Assembly: GCA_964357605.1 (NCBI GenBank)
Contig: CAYHLX010000004.1
Span: 1,081-65,080, forward strand
Length of the DNA: 64,000 nucleotides
Source of the DNA: an uncultured Candidatus Saccharibacteria bacterium
GTDB lineage: Bacteria; Patescibacteriota; Minisyncoccia; Phycocordibacterales; PALSA-1337
Direction: 5' to 3'
Positions 28,895 to 39,241 of this stretch are shown here, one piece after another. The position numbers and the translations under genes were made by a program. A model generated the notes under the pieces. The model did not search any database. It saw nothing but the letters and a program-made list of their open reading frames with translations, and was not told where the DNA came from. The stretch's first letter is position 1, and each line of letters opens with the position of its first letter.

Positions 28895-29501
28895 TTAGAC
28901 TCTTTGGGCTTGCTATTTGTTTTCCATTTACAAAGAATGTAGGGGTACCGACAATACCAGCCTTCACTCCACCTTTATAATCATTGATTATTCTCTCTTT
29001 TGCCTGCTCTGAAGTCAGATCAGTCTTGAATTTTTCAATATCAAGATTGATGTTTTGAGCATACTTTACAAAAATAGATGTTGGATCCTTTACATTTTCC
29101 CATTCCCTCTGCTCTTTGTACAAAATATCATACATTTCCCAGAATTTTCCCTGACTACCAGCCGCTTCTGCAGCGAGAGAGGAGATCATGGCATTTGCGT
29201 GTTGAGCTAGAGGAAAATGTCTGAACACAAATCTGACGGTACTTGAACCAAGTTCAGAGATCAATTGCTCTACCATAGAATGGTAAGTTTGGCAGGCCGG
29301 ACATTGGAAATCCCCGTATTCTACAAGCGTCACGGGTGCCATCTCACTTCCCTTGATATGGTCCGTGGCGACGATCTGTTCAGGTAAAGGAAGGAGTTCT
29401 TGTTCCTTATTACTCTTCATTTCTGCCGCGATCAAACCCCAGATAATAAGGCCAACAATAACGACAAAACCTCCCCAAGTAAATATTCTTTTTGATGTCA
29501 T
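28842..29501 (-). CDS. DsbA-like thioredoxin-fold protein
   Basis: EYGDFQCPAC, FRHFPL, GTPTFFVNG; adjacent to VKOR. Confidence 0.9.
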   Translation of the reverse strand: MTSKRIFTWGGFVVIVGLIIWGLIAAEMKSNKEQELLPLPEQIVATDHIKGSEMAPVTLVEYGDFQCPACQTYHSMVEQLISELGSSTVRFVFRHFPLAQHANAMISSLAAEAAGSQGKFWEMYDILYKEQREWENVKDPTSIFVKYAQNINLDIEKFKTDLTSEQAKERIINDYKGGVKAGIVGTPTFFVNGKQIASPKSLNEFKDIINKAATAGVNP

Positions 29502-29516
29502 AGGGGCTATTATACT

Positions 29517-30134
29517 TTAAAAAAATACATTTACAAAGCCGAGAAGTAAGTATATCCCTAGAATATTCATGGCCAAAGATATGGGTATCAAAAAAGAAAG
29601 TTTGACCTTAGACATACCCAAAAGAGCAATTCCCAACTCATCTGGTAAAGGAGAAGCAATCACAGCCGCCCCAACCAATGGGGCCAGCCATTTCAAAAAA
29701 CCAAGATGAAATGATCGGAAAATGTGGTGCCGAATAGAAGGCTTGATAGCTTTGATTAGATCATTATAGAACCTATCTCTAATAAAAAAGAAGAGGATCA
29801 GATCACCACAGAGTGCGCCTAATCCACCCCAGAGAGCGATGGTCTCTACTGGCGCATATTCAGCAATCCTGACCAACGCCACTGATGCAGGGGCGAGAGT
29901 AAAAGCAGAAGTAAAGAAAATTCCAGCGACAAAACTCGCTAAAACATAATAATTACCGATAATCGAGATTAGATAGTCAATAAAACCGACCTTGGCTAAT
30001 ACCAGAGCCACAAAAATTCCCACCGCAATAATGATCAGATCATAAACCAAAGCATGAGCGCTTGTTTTACTATATTTCTTTCTTTTCGGCATGTATGTAT
30101 TTATTATACCCCAATAATCTGCTACTATGTACAC
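29517..30134 (-). CDS. Integral membrane protein
   Basis: Multiple TM helices; ASPLPDELG. Confidence 0.7.
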   Translation of the reverse strand: MYIVADYWGIINTYMPKRKKYSKTSAHALVYDLIIIAVGIFVALVLAKVGFIDYLISIIGNYYVLASFVAGIFFTSAFTLAPASVALVRIAEYAPVETIALWGGLGALCGDLILFFFIRDRFYNDLIKAIKPSIRHHIFRSFHLGFLKWLAPLVGAAVIASPLPDELGIALLGMSKVKLSFLIPISLAMNILGIYLLLGFVNVFF

Positions 30135-30689
30135 ATGTTAAAATCTTACGCTAGTAGAAATCACGAAGCCATGAAAGAGGTTCTCATGTCTCCAAATGAA
30201 AGTGGGCCAGAAATTCATTATTACATGATTCGAGGAGGAGATAGTAAAACAAATATCACCATTTGGGAAAGCGGTACTGTTGGAGAAGAATACATCAAAA
30301 CCTATGGTCACTACCACGTCGGAGATCTCGAGGAAGATTACACCGTCCTACAGGGAGAAGGAGTTATTATTCTCCAAGGGCAGATCGTAGACGATAGTAT
30401 TGAGACTTTTAGAGCCATCAAAGTCAAAGCTCACGACAAAGTCCATATCCCAAAAAATACCGGCCATTTAGCCATTAATACTGGAAATGTGTGGTTTGTC
30501 ACTTCAGACAATAGCCCCGTCAATTTTGAAGAAAAAGATGCCGTTTCCCTTCCGGGACATGCTGATTATAGCCAGTTCAAAAGACTACGCGGAGCAGCGT
30601 ACTATGTGGTAAAAAAAGATAACGAACCCACCTTGGTCAAGAATCCTTTATACAAAAAAGTACCCGAAGTAAAAATAGAAAATCTATGA
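30135..30689 (+). CDS. Cupin-type glucose-6-phosphate isomerase
   Basis: GEEYIKTYGHYH...E.Y.V..GEG...GHLAINTG. Confidence 0.85.
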   Translation: MLKSYASRNHEAMKEVLMSPNESGPEIHYYMIRGGDSKTNITIWESGTVGEEYIKTYGHYHVGDLEEDYTVLQGEGVIILQGQIVDDSIETFRAIKVKAHDKVHIPKNTGHLAINTGNVWFVTSDNSPVNFEEKDAVSLPGHADYSQFKRLRGAAYYVVKKDNEPTLVKNPLYKKVPEVKIENL

Positions 30690-32177
30690 ACCCCTCTGTT
30701 CTGGTTGACCACCACGAATAGCGCGGTATTTGTCTTTATACTTTGCAATAGTCTGTTCCACCTCATCATTAGGAATTTCCACACGTAACAAGTCAATAGC
30801 GTTAATTGTATCGTAAATATCTAATTTATTCTCAAGCTTATACATTGCATCTCTCCACAAAATCGCTTTTTCATATTCACGGCTATCGATAGATTCTTTT
30901 TCCAGTCTTTTCATCATATCCATAAAAGCATGGTATACCCCTTCTTCCGCACCTCCAAGTCCTACTGTTCTTTCCTTAAAAGGAATCCTCAAAACAGATC
31001 TTTGTTCTGACATCATCTGCCTAATCTTTCCGGTCCTCTGCCAAGTAAACGCTGTGGAGATTATTTTTTCATACAGATCACTAGCCTTGGCAAGTTTTTC
31101 CCCTGAAACATCAGGAATCATGCGGATCGTATCCAGTAGTCTCCACGCGCCATCTTCTATCATCTCTAAACTCCACCAAGGTTTGGCCGACGCCCACCAA
31201 AAATGGTCGCTAGCTGTACCGATATCCATCCGATGTTTTACTTCTCGATATTTTGCATGGGTGTCATCCATCACACGAACCTCACCTCTCACCAGATGAA
31301 AAAGCTCCCACTGCCATTTATGAACACTATTTTCAGGATCTTTCCAAGATAGAAACTGCACTCCCCTTTCTATATCCTCTTTACTACTAGCCCAAGTAGA
31401 TTTGACCGGAGAAATTTCTACTTCTTCACGGTCCTCAGAAAGCAGATCTGATAAAGTAACTAAGTTAAAATCTTTTGTATCAAAAATATCAAAAAGAAAT
31501 TTCTCCAATCCAGGTCTATGATGTCCAAAAGTTTCTCCGTCCATCGCCGTTACGACATATCTAGAACTTGAGAGGTCTTCCTTCATCGCTTCTTTCAGGG
31601 TTTCTTTTGAACGAACTACGGCACTCATGATAAGATTGCTCAATCTTCTCTCTCTAAATAAAACTTTTAGTTTTGAATCCTTAATCTTGTAGATTTTTGT
31701 ATAGTCAACCTTTCCAGGTTCGCCGCATAGAGCAATTTCATCCAAGAGAATCCATTCCAATCCTAGAGATTCGACAATTGGTATTATCTTTGGATCATAG
31801 CCCATTTCCGGAGGAAAAAATCCCTTTGGTTTATAGGCTTTCCCTAAATAAAAAGAATTAGTTTCATCGTTGATCTTGATCTGACGAACGATATCTTCTT
31901 CGTCTAACAAAGGGAGGAATCCATGATACTTGAGAGAACTAGTGAATTCTATTTTTCCATCTTCGCCCGCCTGCTTTAACATACTAATAAGATCTTGATA
32001 TCCATGCTTATCAAAAAGTTCCAGAAGTGCTCCAGTAATATTGAACGTCACGCGAACATTAGAAGTATTGACGATATGAGAGATGATTGGTCGATAACTT
32101 TGAGTAACAATCGCTTCTAGAATATCTTTTTGTTGATCAGCCGGCTGATAAATGTGAAGAAAATTTCCCCAGTTCAT
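30684..32177 (-). CDS. Glycoside hydrolase family 57
   Basis: HIYQP, GFFPPEM, AMDGETFGHH, SDHFWW. Confidence 0.88.
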   Translation of the reverse strand: MNWGNFLHIYQPADQQKDILEAIVTQSYRPIISHIVNTSNVRVTFNITGALLELFDKHGYQDLISMLKQAGEDGKIEFTSSLKYHGFLPLLDEEDIVRQIKINDETNSFYLGKAYKPKGFFPPEMGYDPKIIPIVESLGLEWILLDEIALCGEPGKVDYTKIYKIKDSKLKVLFRERRLSNLIMSAVVRSKETLKEAMKEDLSSSRYVVTAMDGETFGHHRPGLEKFLFDIFDTKDFNLVTLSDLLSEDREEVEISPVKSTWASSKEDIERGVQFLSWKDPENSVHKWQWELFHLVRGEVRVMDDTHAKYREVKHRMDIGTASDHFWWASAKPWWSLEMIEDGAWRLLDTIRMIPDVSGEKLAKASDLYEKIISTAFTWQRTGKIRQMMSEQRSVLRIPFKERTVGLGGAEEGVYHAFMDMMKRLEKESIDSREYEKAILWRDAMYKLENKLDIYDTINAIDLLRVEIPNDEVEQTIAKYKDKYRAIRGGQPEQRGS

Positions 32178-32178
32178 A

Positions 32179-33735
32179 TTATTTATTTGAATGAATTTCT
32201 ATGGCTCTAGTAAAAAGAGCCAAGTATTTCTTTGCTGAGCCTGTCCATGAAAAATCTTTAGACATCGCTCTTTTGATGAGCTCTTGCCATTTTTTCTGGT
32301 CTCTAAAATTTTCAAAAGCTCTAATGAGAGCAATCATAAGAGAAGATGAGTCAAATCTTTCAAAAACAAAGCCTGTGCCAGTCTGCTTGTCAGGATTATA
32401 ATCCTCCACACTATCGGCCAAGCCACCAGTCTTTCTCACAATAGGTATACAACCCATTCTCATGGCCTCCATTTGGACCAATCCACAAGGTTCAAAACGA
32501 GAAGGAACTAGAACGACATCGGCCCCAGAGAAAACTAAGTGGGGTAAGATCGCATCAAATTTTAAATGGTTTGCTACCCTACCAGGGTGACGACTCTCGA
32601 GATCATGCATGAAACCCATGATATCCGATTCGCCCTCACCGACCACCACCAGTTGAATAGGTAGTTCTTGGATGAGAAGATCGGCAATAGGCATGAGAAG
32701 ATCTAGACCTTTCTGTTTTGATAGGCGACCAACAATGGCAATCAAAAAAGTATCCTTTTTTACAGAGAGACCGAAACGTTCCTGCAAAATACCTTTATTC
32801 TTAATTCTTTCACTCAACTGCTTCACGTCATATGGAAAATTTATATATTTATCGGTCTCTGGATTCCAGTAATCATAATCAATACCGTTAAGAATGCCCG
32901 ACAAAACTGCTCTCCTTTCACGCAATAGATCGTCGAGGAGCTCCCCGTAGTCTTTGGTCATGATTTCTCTAGCATAATTTGTAGAAACAGTATTTATCGC
33001 ATCAGCATACATGATTCCTCTTCTCATATAGTTAATTTTTGACAACCTAGGGTTATCCAGACTTGGGATTGGAGAGTGTCCATCATCAAAATCCATCTCC
33101 GAAACAAAGTGATGATCAAAGGTTCCTTGGAAAAATAAATTGTGTATAGAAAAGACTGTAGCAATTTTAGAAAGTACTGGATCAGTAGAATATACAGTTT
33201 TTAGATAATTAGGAATCAAGCCAAGTTGCCAGTCCAAAGAAACAATCACGTCTGGTACCCACTCACTTTTTTTCAAAAACTCCAAAGTCCCTCTACAAAG
33301 CAGAGCCCACCTTATAGCATCATCAGCATACCCGTAGACATTGGCTCTCTGTTCATAATACTCCTGATTTTCTAGAAAATAACTAGTTACCCCCGCTCCA
33401 GAACCATTTGGTTCGCACTTTTTGATGTTGCAAATGAGCGTTTTTGGACCATTTTCATTCTCTGTTGGTACATTCAAACCCTCATGTTCCATACTCAAGT
33501 GAAAAACCCTATCATCGATAGATAAGTATCTAGGCAACATCACTCTTGCATCACATCCAAGTTCAGAAAGAGCTTTGGGTAATGAATACATAACTGACGA
33601 GAGACCACCAACTTTCACAAAAGGAGCTGCTTCTGTACCAACAAGTAGAATTTTCAGCCCCTTTTTACCCCTCAGACTGCTTGTAAATATAGACATGTAG
33701 GAGAAAATTATAGCAAAATAATCACCACTTATCAA
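32179..33735 (-). CDS. glgA: Glycogen/starch synthase (GT5)
   Basis: KVGGL, IHN..FQG, GILNGID, PSRFEPCGL, TGGLADSV. Confidence 0.94.
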   Translation of the reverse strand: MISGDYFAIIFSYMSIFTSSLRGKKGLKILLVGTEAAPFVKVGGLSSVMYSLPKALSELGCDARVMLPRYLSIDDRVFHLSMEHEGLNVPTENENGPKTLICNIKKCEPNGSGAGVTSYFLENQEYYEQRANVYGYADDAIRWALLCRGTLEFLKKSEWVPDVIVSLDWQLGLIPNYLKTVYSTDPVLSKIATVFSIHNLFFQGTFDHHFVSEMDFDDGHSPIPSLDNPRLSKINYMRRGIMYADAINTVSTNYAREIMTKDYGELLDDLLRERRAVLSGILNGIDYDYWNPETDKYINFPYDVKQLSERIKNKGILQERFGLSVKKDTFLIAIVGRLSKQKGLDLLMPIADLLIQELPIQLVVVGEGESDIMGFMHDLESRHPGRVANHLKFDAILPHLVFSGADVVLVPSRFEPCGLVQMEAMRMGCIPIVRKTGGLADSVEDYNPDKQTGTGFVFERFDSSSLMIALIRAFENFRDQKKWQELIKRAMSKDFSWTGSAKKYLALFTRAIEIHSNK

Positions 33736-36053
33736 ATCTTGAGATTAATATACAACAACTTGAGATAATTATCTAACATTTTAGATGTCGTGTAAGATTT
33801 TTCTACAAGCTCCATAGTGCTTTGCATCTTTTCTGTCCAATTCTGCCTAGAACCCTCAGATGATTCGGCGTAAAAACAAGGTAAGATCTCATGTTCGAGA
33901 AGATCGTAGAGAACCTGAGCAGTGTTTTCTTCTGGCAAGATCCAACCACGATTGGCCCAATTTACCTCATCCACCCAGCCATCAGAGATACTGCATTGCA
34001 AAGCTCCATTGAGACTGGCCTTCATGCCACTAGTCCCGCAAGCCTCTTTACCTCTTTCTGGAGTATTAAGCCACACGTCTGCACCTTTCACTAATTCATG
34101 CGAAATTGCCACGGAATAATTTGGAATATAGATTACCCTTCCCATCGTCTCTGGATCCTCTGAAATCTCCATGATCTTTTTTATGATTTCTTGACCCTCA
34201 CCATCTGCCTCATGAGCTTTTCCAGCAATCACAAACTGGACTGGATTTTCTTGGTTTCTAATGATTTTTTTAACTCTTTCATAATCAGAAAAAAGTAGGA
34301 ATGGCCTTTTATACGCAGCAAATCTTCTAGCCCAAACCACCGTACATACATCCGGATTGAGTTTTTTACCAAGACTCTCTCTAATATAATCCGCTAGACC
34401 GATTCTTAGTTTTTTCTTGATCTCCCAGATCTCTTTACTGGAAACATCGTGGTTCCGGGTAATAAATTCTTTCACTTGCCAACGCTTTCGGTAAACTCCA
34501 TTGGTAATAGAAATCAGTTCACTATGTGGATGTCGAATCTTTTCAAAGACAGCATGGAGAGCGCTCACGCTATTTTTGATTTTAGAAGTAGTCATGACCA
34601 ATTTGGTAGTGGAAAAAGTATCTGGATCTAGTTCGTATTTACCTTTCTCAAATATTTCGTTAATATCTACTCCAAATTCTTTACAGTATGTGTTAAGTAA
34701 GACAAAGAAGTCTTTTTTTGGAATATAAAGTCCAGCGGCAGACAAAATAGTATGCTTTGTACCGACAATCTTCCCGATATCTTCATTTCTCTCCACCAAC
34801 ACCCCTACCCCAGCAAAAGCCGTGTGTCCCTCATTTAAATGATAAACACTTGGATGAATATCTAACAGCTTCAAAAATTTTATTCCGCCAATACCAAGTA
34901 CAATCTGTTGTTTAACACGTGTGTAAAAATGTGGATCGTATAGATGAGAGGTAATATTTCTATGCTTATCATCATTTTTTTCAAAGTTTGTATCCAAGAG
35001 AAAAACATGAGTATTCTCGGCAAACCTCCTGTGCCAGATTTGAGCATATATCAGATGTTCACCTATCGGTATTGAGACTACCGCTGACTTACCTTGATGA
35101 CTAAAAATAGCAAAATCCTTTAGATTACCTGGATCATAATTAAGTCCTATGGCAATAAACGGCATGTTTTTATCTGCCATCTCCATCAAGTAGTCCCCGG
35201 CGAGAATACCCAATCCACCCGCATACATGAGAGTATTTTCCTCTATCGCATATTCGGCACAAAAATAAGCTATAGGGTTCTGTGGGATAGAAATGGTGGG
35301 ATTATTTTTCTCACCAAACCAACTCCTAATGACACCTTCAGTGTGAGTTGGACCGTCTACTTTTACCGTCTTAATTCCATCTTCCATAACCGAGTAATCA
35401 TTGCCTCCAGGAAAAACTGCGTCTCCCAAAAAAATCACGTCTTTTTTATCTATCTTTATTTTTTCCAACAAAATCCCCAATCCATAAGCCTTATCAAAAC
35501 CCTTTGGTAAAATATCGACCGAGGTCGTGCCGGCCACCGTCGCATCTACCTCAGGAATTTTTCTTTCAATTTCCTTTTCTATTTTTCTTCTCTTTTTCTG
35601 ATCTGGATCCCATTTTTCTTTAATTTCTAGTGGGGCATCTTGTCCCATGGCAGAAAGATTGATCTCAGTATCACGATCTTCAACATATTTTCCTTGATGT
35701 TCTTTTGGTATTTCAAACAGACCAGAATCGATAATCTCACCCAAAGCCTTTATCACTTTTTCCTTGATTGATTTTTTAAATTCATGTTTATCCGTTAACT
35801 GCCATTTTTTTGACTCTGAATTATATTCAAATCGCTCACTGCCATCCACCGGCAAGAGAATGATATTTTTAGATGGTTTGATAAAAGGTAAAAGCTGTTT
35901 TTCAAACTGCACAATAGAACCTCCAGAAATTATTGCAACTTTTGTTGTTTCGGAAAGTTTCTGCAAAAGACCTGCCATCTCTGGAGTAATCGGTGTTTTG
36001 CTACGAGTCAAAGTACCATCAAGATCAAAAGCTGTTAGTTTATAGGGGAACAT
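33732..36053 (-). CDS. Fusion of HAD-IIB phosphomannomutase-like domain and alpha-glucan phosphorylase
   Basis: FDLDGTL...GDAVFPGGNDY, then YAGGLGILAGD, HLNEGH, ARRFAAYKR, EACGTSGMK. Confidence 0.88.
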   Translation of the reverse strand: MFPYKLTAFDLDGTLTRSKTPITPEMAGLLQKLSETTKVAIISGGSIVQFEKQLLPFIKPSKNIILLPVDGSERFEYNSESKKWQLTDKHEFKKSIKEKVIKALGEIIDSGLFEIPKEHQGKYVEDRDTEINLSAMGQDAPLEIKEKWDPDQKKRRKIEKEIERKIPEVDATVAGTTSVDILPKGFDKAYGLGILLEKIKIDKKDVIFLGDAVFPGGNDYSVMEDGIKTVKVDGPTHTEGVIRSWFGEKNNPTISIPQNPIAYFCAEYAIEENTLMYAGGLGILAGDYLMEMADKNMPFIAIGLNYDPGNLKDFAIFSHQGKSAVVSIPIGEHLIYAQIWHRRFAENTHVFLLDTNFEKNDDKHRNITSHLYDPHFYTRVKQQIVLGIGGIKFLKLLDIHPSVYHLNEGHTAFAGVGVLVERNEDIGKIVGTKHTILSAAGLYIPKKDFFVLLNTYCKEFGVDINEIFEKGKYELDPDTFSTTKLVMTTSKIKNSVSALHAVFEKIRHPHSELISITNGVYRKRWQVKEFITRNHDVSSKEIWEIKKKLRIGLADYIRESLGKKLNPDVCTVVWARRFAAYKRPFLLFSDYERVKKIIRNQENPVQFVIAGKAHEADGEGQEIIKKIMEISEDPETMGRVIYIPNYSVAISHELVKGADVWLNTPERGKEACGTSGMKASLNGALQCSISDGWVDEVNWANRGWILPEENTAQVLYDLLEHEILPCFYAESSEGSRQNWTEKMQSTMELVEKSYTTSKMLDNYLKLLYINLKI

Positions 36054-36122
36054 GTATTATATATTAACATGTGTTAGTGGTGATGTTCAAAACTAGGGAG
36101 AAGTGATAGAATCAAAAAACAC

Positions 36123-36872
36123 ATGATAACATATCTACCAATCCTGAGTGTAATTGTAGTAAGCTTGATCTCACTCGTCGGAGCTTTTTTGATTTCCATT
36201 AAAGAGGATTTTATCAAGAAGTATATTTTTCTTTTTGTTTCTCTAGCCGTGGGGGCTCTTTTAGGAGATGCCTTCATCCACCTCATCCCAGAAGGTTTGG
36301 AAAAATTCAGCAACCCCACCATCTTCTCTCTACTTCTTATTGTGGGTATTTTAATTTTTTTTACCATAGAAAAATACCTCCACTGGCATCATCACAGTGA
36401 AGCAGAGGACTTGGAACACACCGTTCACCCTATCGGGAAGATGATTCTTTTATCAGACGGGGTTCACAATTTTATCGATGGATTGATCATCGGTTCTAGC
36501 TACATAGTGAGTATTGAGCTAGGAATCGCCACAACTATCGCTGTCATCTTGCACGAAATACCACAGGAAATTGGTGATTTTGGCGTCTTGCTCCATGCCG
36601 GGTTCTCCAGAATGAGGGCTCTATGGTTCAATTTTCTTTCCGCTCTAAGTTCTGTACTAGGAGTCATTGTGGTACTTCTACTGGGACAAATGTCTGAAAC
36701 CCTTTCAATTTGGCTCATTCCTTTCGCCGCTGGAGGATTTATCTACATTGCCTTATCCGATCTTATACCCGAACTTCACAAAAAATCAGACAAAAAAATA
36801 TATTTCTTTATACAAATAGTGATGATCGTGGTGGGAGTACTAGCGATGTTCCTGCTCACTACTCTAGAGTAA
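36123..36872 (+). CDS. ZIP family metal transporter
   Basis: HLIPE, HWHHH, DGVHNFIDG, HEIPQEIGDF. Confidence 0.93.
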   Translation: MITYLPILSVIVVSLISLVGAFLISIKEDFIKKYIFLFVSLAVGALLGDAFIHLIPEGLEKFSNPTIFSLLLIVGILIFFTIEKYLHWHHHSEAEDLEHTVHPIGKMILLSDGVHNFIDGLIIGSSYIVSIELGIATTIAVILHEIPQEIGDFGVLLHAGFSRMRALWFNFLSALSSVLGVIVVLLLGQMSETLSIWLIPFAAGGFIYIALSDLIPELHKKSDKKIYFFIQIVMIVVGVLAMFLLTTLE

Positions 36873-37752
36873 AAAATTTCAAAAATGTCAGCGGATCAAT
36901 GGAAATCCCATTTACTCTCACACTTATATGTAAGTGTGGAGCACCCGCATAACCCGTCTCTCCGCTAAGTCCTAAAATATCTCCTTTCTTTACTCTCTCT
37001 CCTTTTTTGACATTTATTTTTGATAAATGCATATACATAGTATGAATGCCAGAACCGTGATCAACAACTACTGTATTTCCATAAACTGTATACTTGGTGG
37101 CAATTTCAACCACCCCACTGTTCATGACCATTACCTCTATGCCTGTCAGTGCTCTAAAATCAGTGCCTTTGTGGACGATAGTCTGTCCTACCGTCTTTCG
37201 ATCATAGCCATAATTATCAGTCACAAAAATATAGGACAGAGGATAGGAAAAATTTTCTGTCCACAGAGTTGTGGAGGCGGTTTTTATGCTATTTAAAGTA
37301 AAATTTTCAGCTGCGAGATTTTTGACCAAAGCTTTGCTGGCCTCCGGAGTATTCCCTCCCAACTTGGCAGGAATGCCTAGGGGCTTCTCTATTTTTTCTC
37401 TGGGTGTAATAGTGATAGATGTCGTAGCAATCATCTTATTTGAAAGAGTAGCAGCAATAGTATGTTTGAAAACTTTTGTAGAAAAATCTATTGGAACAAC
37501 AGCATGACTCTTGCCATCATACTGAAACGTTTTGAGAGGCTTTTTATCAAATAAAACAACCGTTGGGGTAGAACTAGAGTTGATAGTGATGAAAACCGGA
37601 TCTCCAGGGTAAATAACAGCTGGGTAGATTGAAATGGTGGGTAGAGATGATTCTTTTTTAGAAATAACAGAATTTGAAAAGTCAGGCTTGAGAATAAAAA
37701 TTCCTAAAACAACAACCAAAATAATTGTGGTGATTGAGAGAAATATTTTCAT
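36859..37752 (-). CDS. M23 family peptidase
   Basis: HKGTD, YMHL, GAPHLH. Confidence 0.9.
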   Translation of the reverse strand: MKIFLSITTIILVVVLGIFILKPDFSNSVISKKESSLPTISIYPAVIYPGDPVFITINSSSTPTVVLFDKKPLKTFQYDGKSHAVVPIDFSTKVFKHTIAATLSNKMIATTSITITPREKIEKPLGIPAKLGGNTPEASKALVKNLAAENFTLNSIKTASTTLWTENFSYPLSYIFVTDNYGYDRKTVGQTIVHKGTDFRALTGIEVMVMNSGVVEIATKYTVYGNTVVVDHGSGIHTMYMHLSKINVKKGERVKKGDILGLSGETGYAGAPHLHISVRVNGISIDPLTFLKFFTLE

Positions 37753-37764
37753 AAATAAGAAAAA

Positions 37765-38076
37765 TTACAGAAACTTTTCTATGCCAATAACTACGATATA
37801 GTGCACCACCTCTATGACCAGCAAAAATAAAATAGCACCAGTCATTGATTGTCCTGTAGTTTTAGAAATCAAGATCATAGTGACAACGAGCGACACCGCC
37901 CACCCCATCCATCCTATATAATCTGGGAGAGTATTGAGTAAAGGAATCGCCACAGCGAGAACTAAAGCTCTTAGCCAATCTCGACCATCACCAAAATTAG
38001 ATGCTGTAAAATACAGCATCAACAGAACAAAAATAACAACGATTTCTGCTATAAGATGAGAATTAAATATCTCCAC
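37765..38076 (-). CDS. Small membrane protein
   Basis: Hydrophobic 103 aa ORF in operon context. Confidence 0.6.
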   Translation of the reverse strand: MEIFNSHLIAEIVVIFVLLMLYFTASNFGDGRDWLRALVLAVAIPLLNTLPDYIGWMGWAVSLVVTMILISKTTGQSMTGAILFLLVIEVVHYIVVIGIEKFL

Positions 38077-38080
38077 TACT

Positions 38081-38401
38081 CTATTCTACCACTACCGCCG
38101 TCCCAGAGATACTGATCATGAGCATAGAGCCTTTTGACCCCACTGTTTCAAAATCAAAGTCTATCCCGACAATGGCATTGGCACCCTTCTGACTAGCCTC
38201 TTCTTCTAGTTCGGCTAGAGCCATGACCTTCCCTTCGGCTAGCTTTTTTTCGTAAGTAGCAGAACGACCACCGACGATATCACGCACACTCGCAAAAATA
38301 TCACTGAAAATATTGGCCCCAATGATGACATCGGCACTGATAACGCCTAAATATGTTTTAATTTTCTTACCCTCTATGGAGGGTGTGGTTGTGTGGATCA
38401 T
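38081..38401 (-). CDS. YbjQ/UPF0145 family protein
   Basis: GANIFSDIFASVRDIVGGRS; GANAIVG; SGTAV. Confidence 0.92.
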   Translation of the reverse strand: MIHTTTPSIEGKKIKTYLGVISADVIIGANIFSDIFASVRDIVGGRSATYEKKLAEGKVMALAELEEEASQKGANAIVGIDFDFETVGSKGSMLMISISGTAVVVE

Positions 38402-38411
38402 GGTTATTTAT

Positions 38412-38957
38412 TTAATTTAATAATTGTCTCTCAAGTGCCATAATATCATATCCTTTATGAACTTCATCATCCGTAGAAACACCGAGTGATAAGAGAAACT
38501 TTTGCAATTCTTTTCTCACAAGAATAGGGTCCTCATCCGACATTTTTTCTATTTCAATAAAAGCACCGATTTTCTCTACTTCATCAATACAGATTTCAAA
38601 TCTACCAAAGTAAGTGGTACGTCTAAGTTTGGTGACTTTATTGGCAATTTGGTATCCCATGAGAAAAAGGGCTCGTTCGAGAGCTCCAGCATCCTTCACT
38701 TCAGTTTCATATTCGGTCTTGGTCAAGGCCACTTTAGGATGAGGTTGCTTGACGGTAAAAATAAAGCGGCCGTCACTCTTTTCTCTGATGCGTAAAAAAT
38801 GGTCGTTTGTTAGATACTCTTCAATTGTGCCCAGAACTTTCGTATACACCGTATCTACTTGCCGAACCGGTTCCGACAAAACACACCCAAGTTCTAGGAG
38901 TTTCTTGATAACCTGATCCTCATTTTTAAGATGGGCTTTAACTTCGATTTCTTTCAT
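38412..38957 (-). CDS. CYTH-domain protein (class IV adenylate cyclase-like)
   Basis: EIEVK, LRIR, FIEIE, terminal GY. Confidence 0.88.
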   Translation of the reverse strand: MKEIEVKAHLKNEDQVIKKLLELGCVLSEPVRQVDTVYTKVLGTIEEYLTNDHFLRIREKSDGRFIFTVKQPHPKVALTKTEYETEVKDAGALERALFLMGYQIANKVTKLRRTTYFGRFEICIDEVEKIGAFIEIEKMSDEDPILVRKELQKFLLSLGVSTDDEVHKGYDIMALERQLLN

Positions 38958-39002
38958 CCTAAAAGTATATCAGATCAGAAATAAATAGCCCATCAGTAAA
39001 TA

Positions 39003-39155
39003 CTACTTAAGCGGATTCTCTCCTCGAATAACTCTAATAAGAATCATGATTATCGCGATTACGAGCAAGATATGGATAAACCACCCGATGGTATAGGTAC
39101 CAACTACCCCAAGAAACCACAAGATCAAAAGTATGACAGCGATTGTGATAAGCAT
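39003..39155 (-). CDS. Small lmo0937-like membrane protein (not in ORF track)
   Basis: Read manually: MLITIAVILLILWFLGVVGTYTIGWFIHILLVIAIIMILIRVIRGENPLK*. Confidence 0.8.
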   Translation of the reverse strand: MLITIAVILLILWFLGVVGTYTIGWFIHILLVIAIIMILIRVIRGENPLK

Positions 39156-39241
39156 ATAATTAAAGACGAGTTGGGAATGATAATATTACAGGTTTTTGTA
39201 TTGGGGTCGCGTAGTGGATAGATTTAGAACCTGTTCACAGT

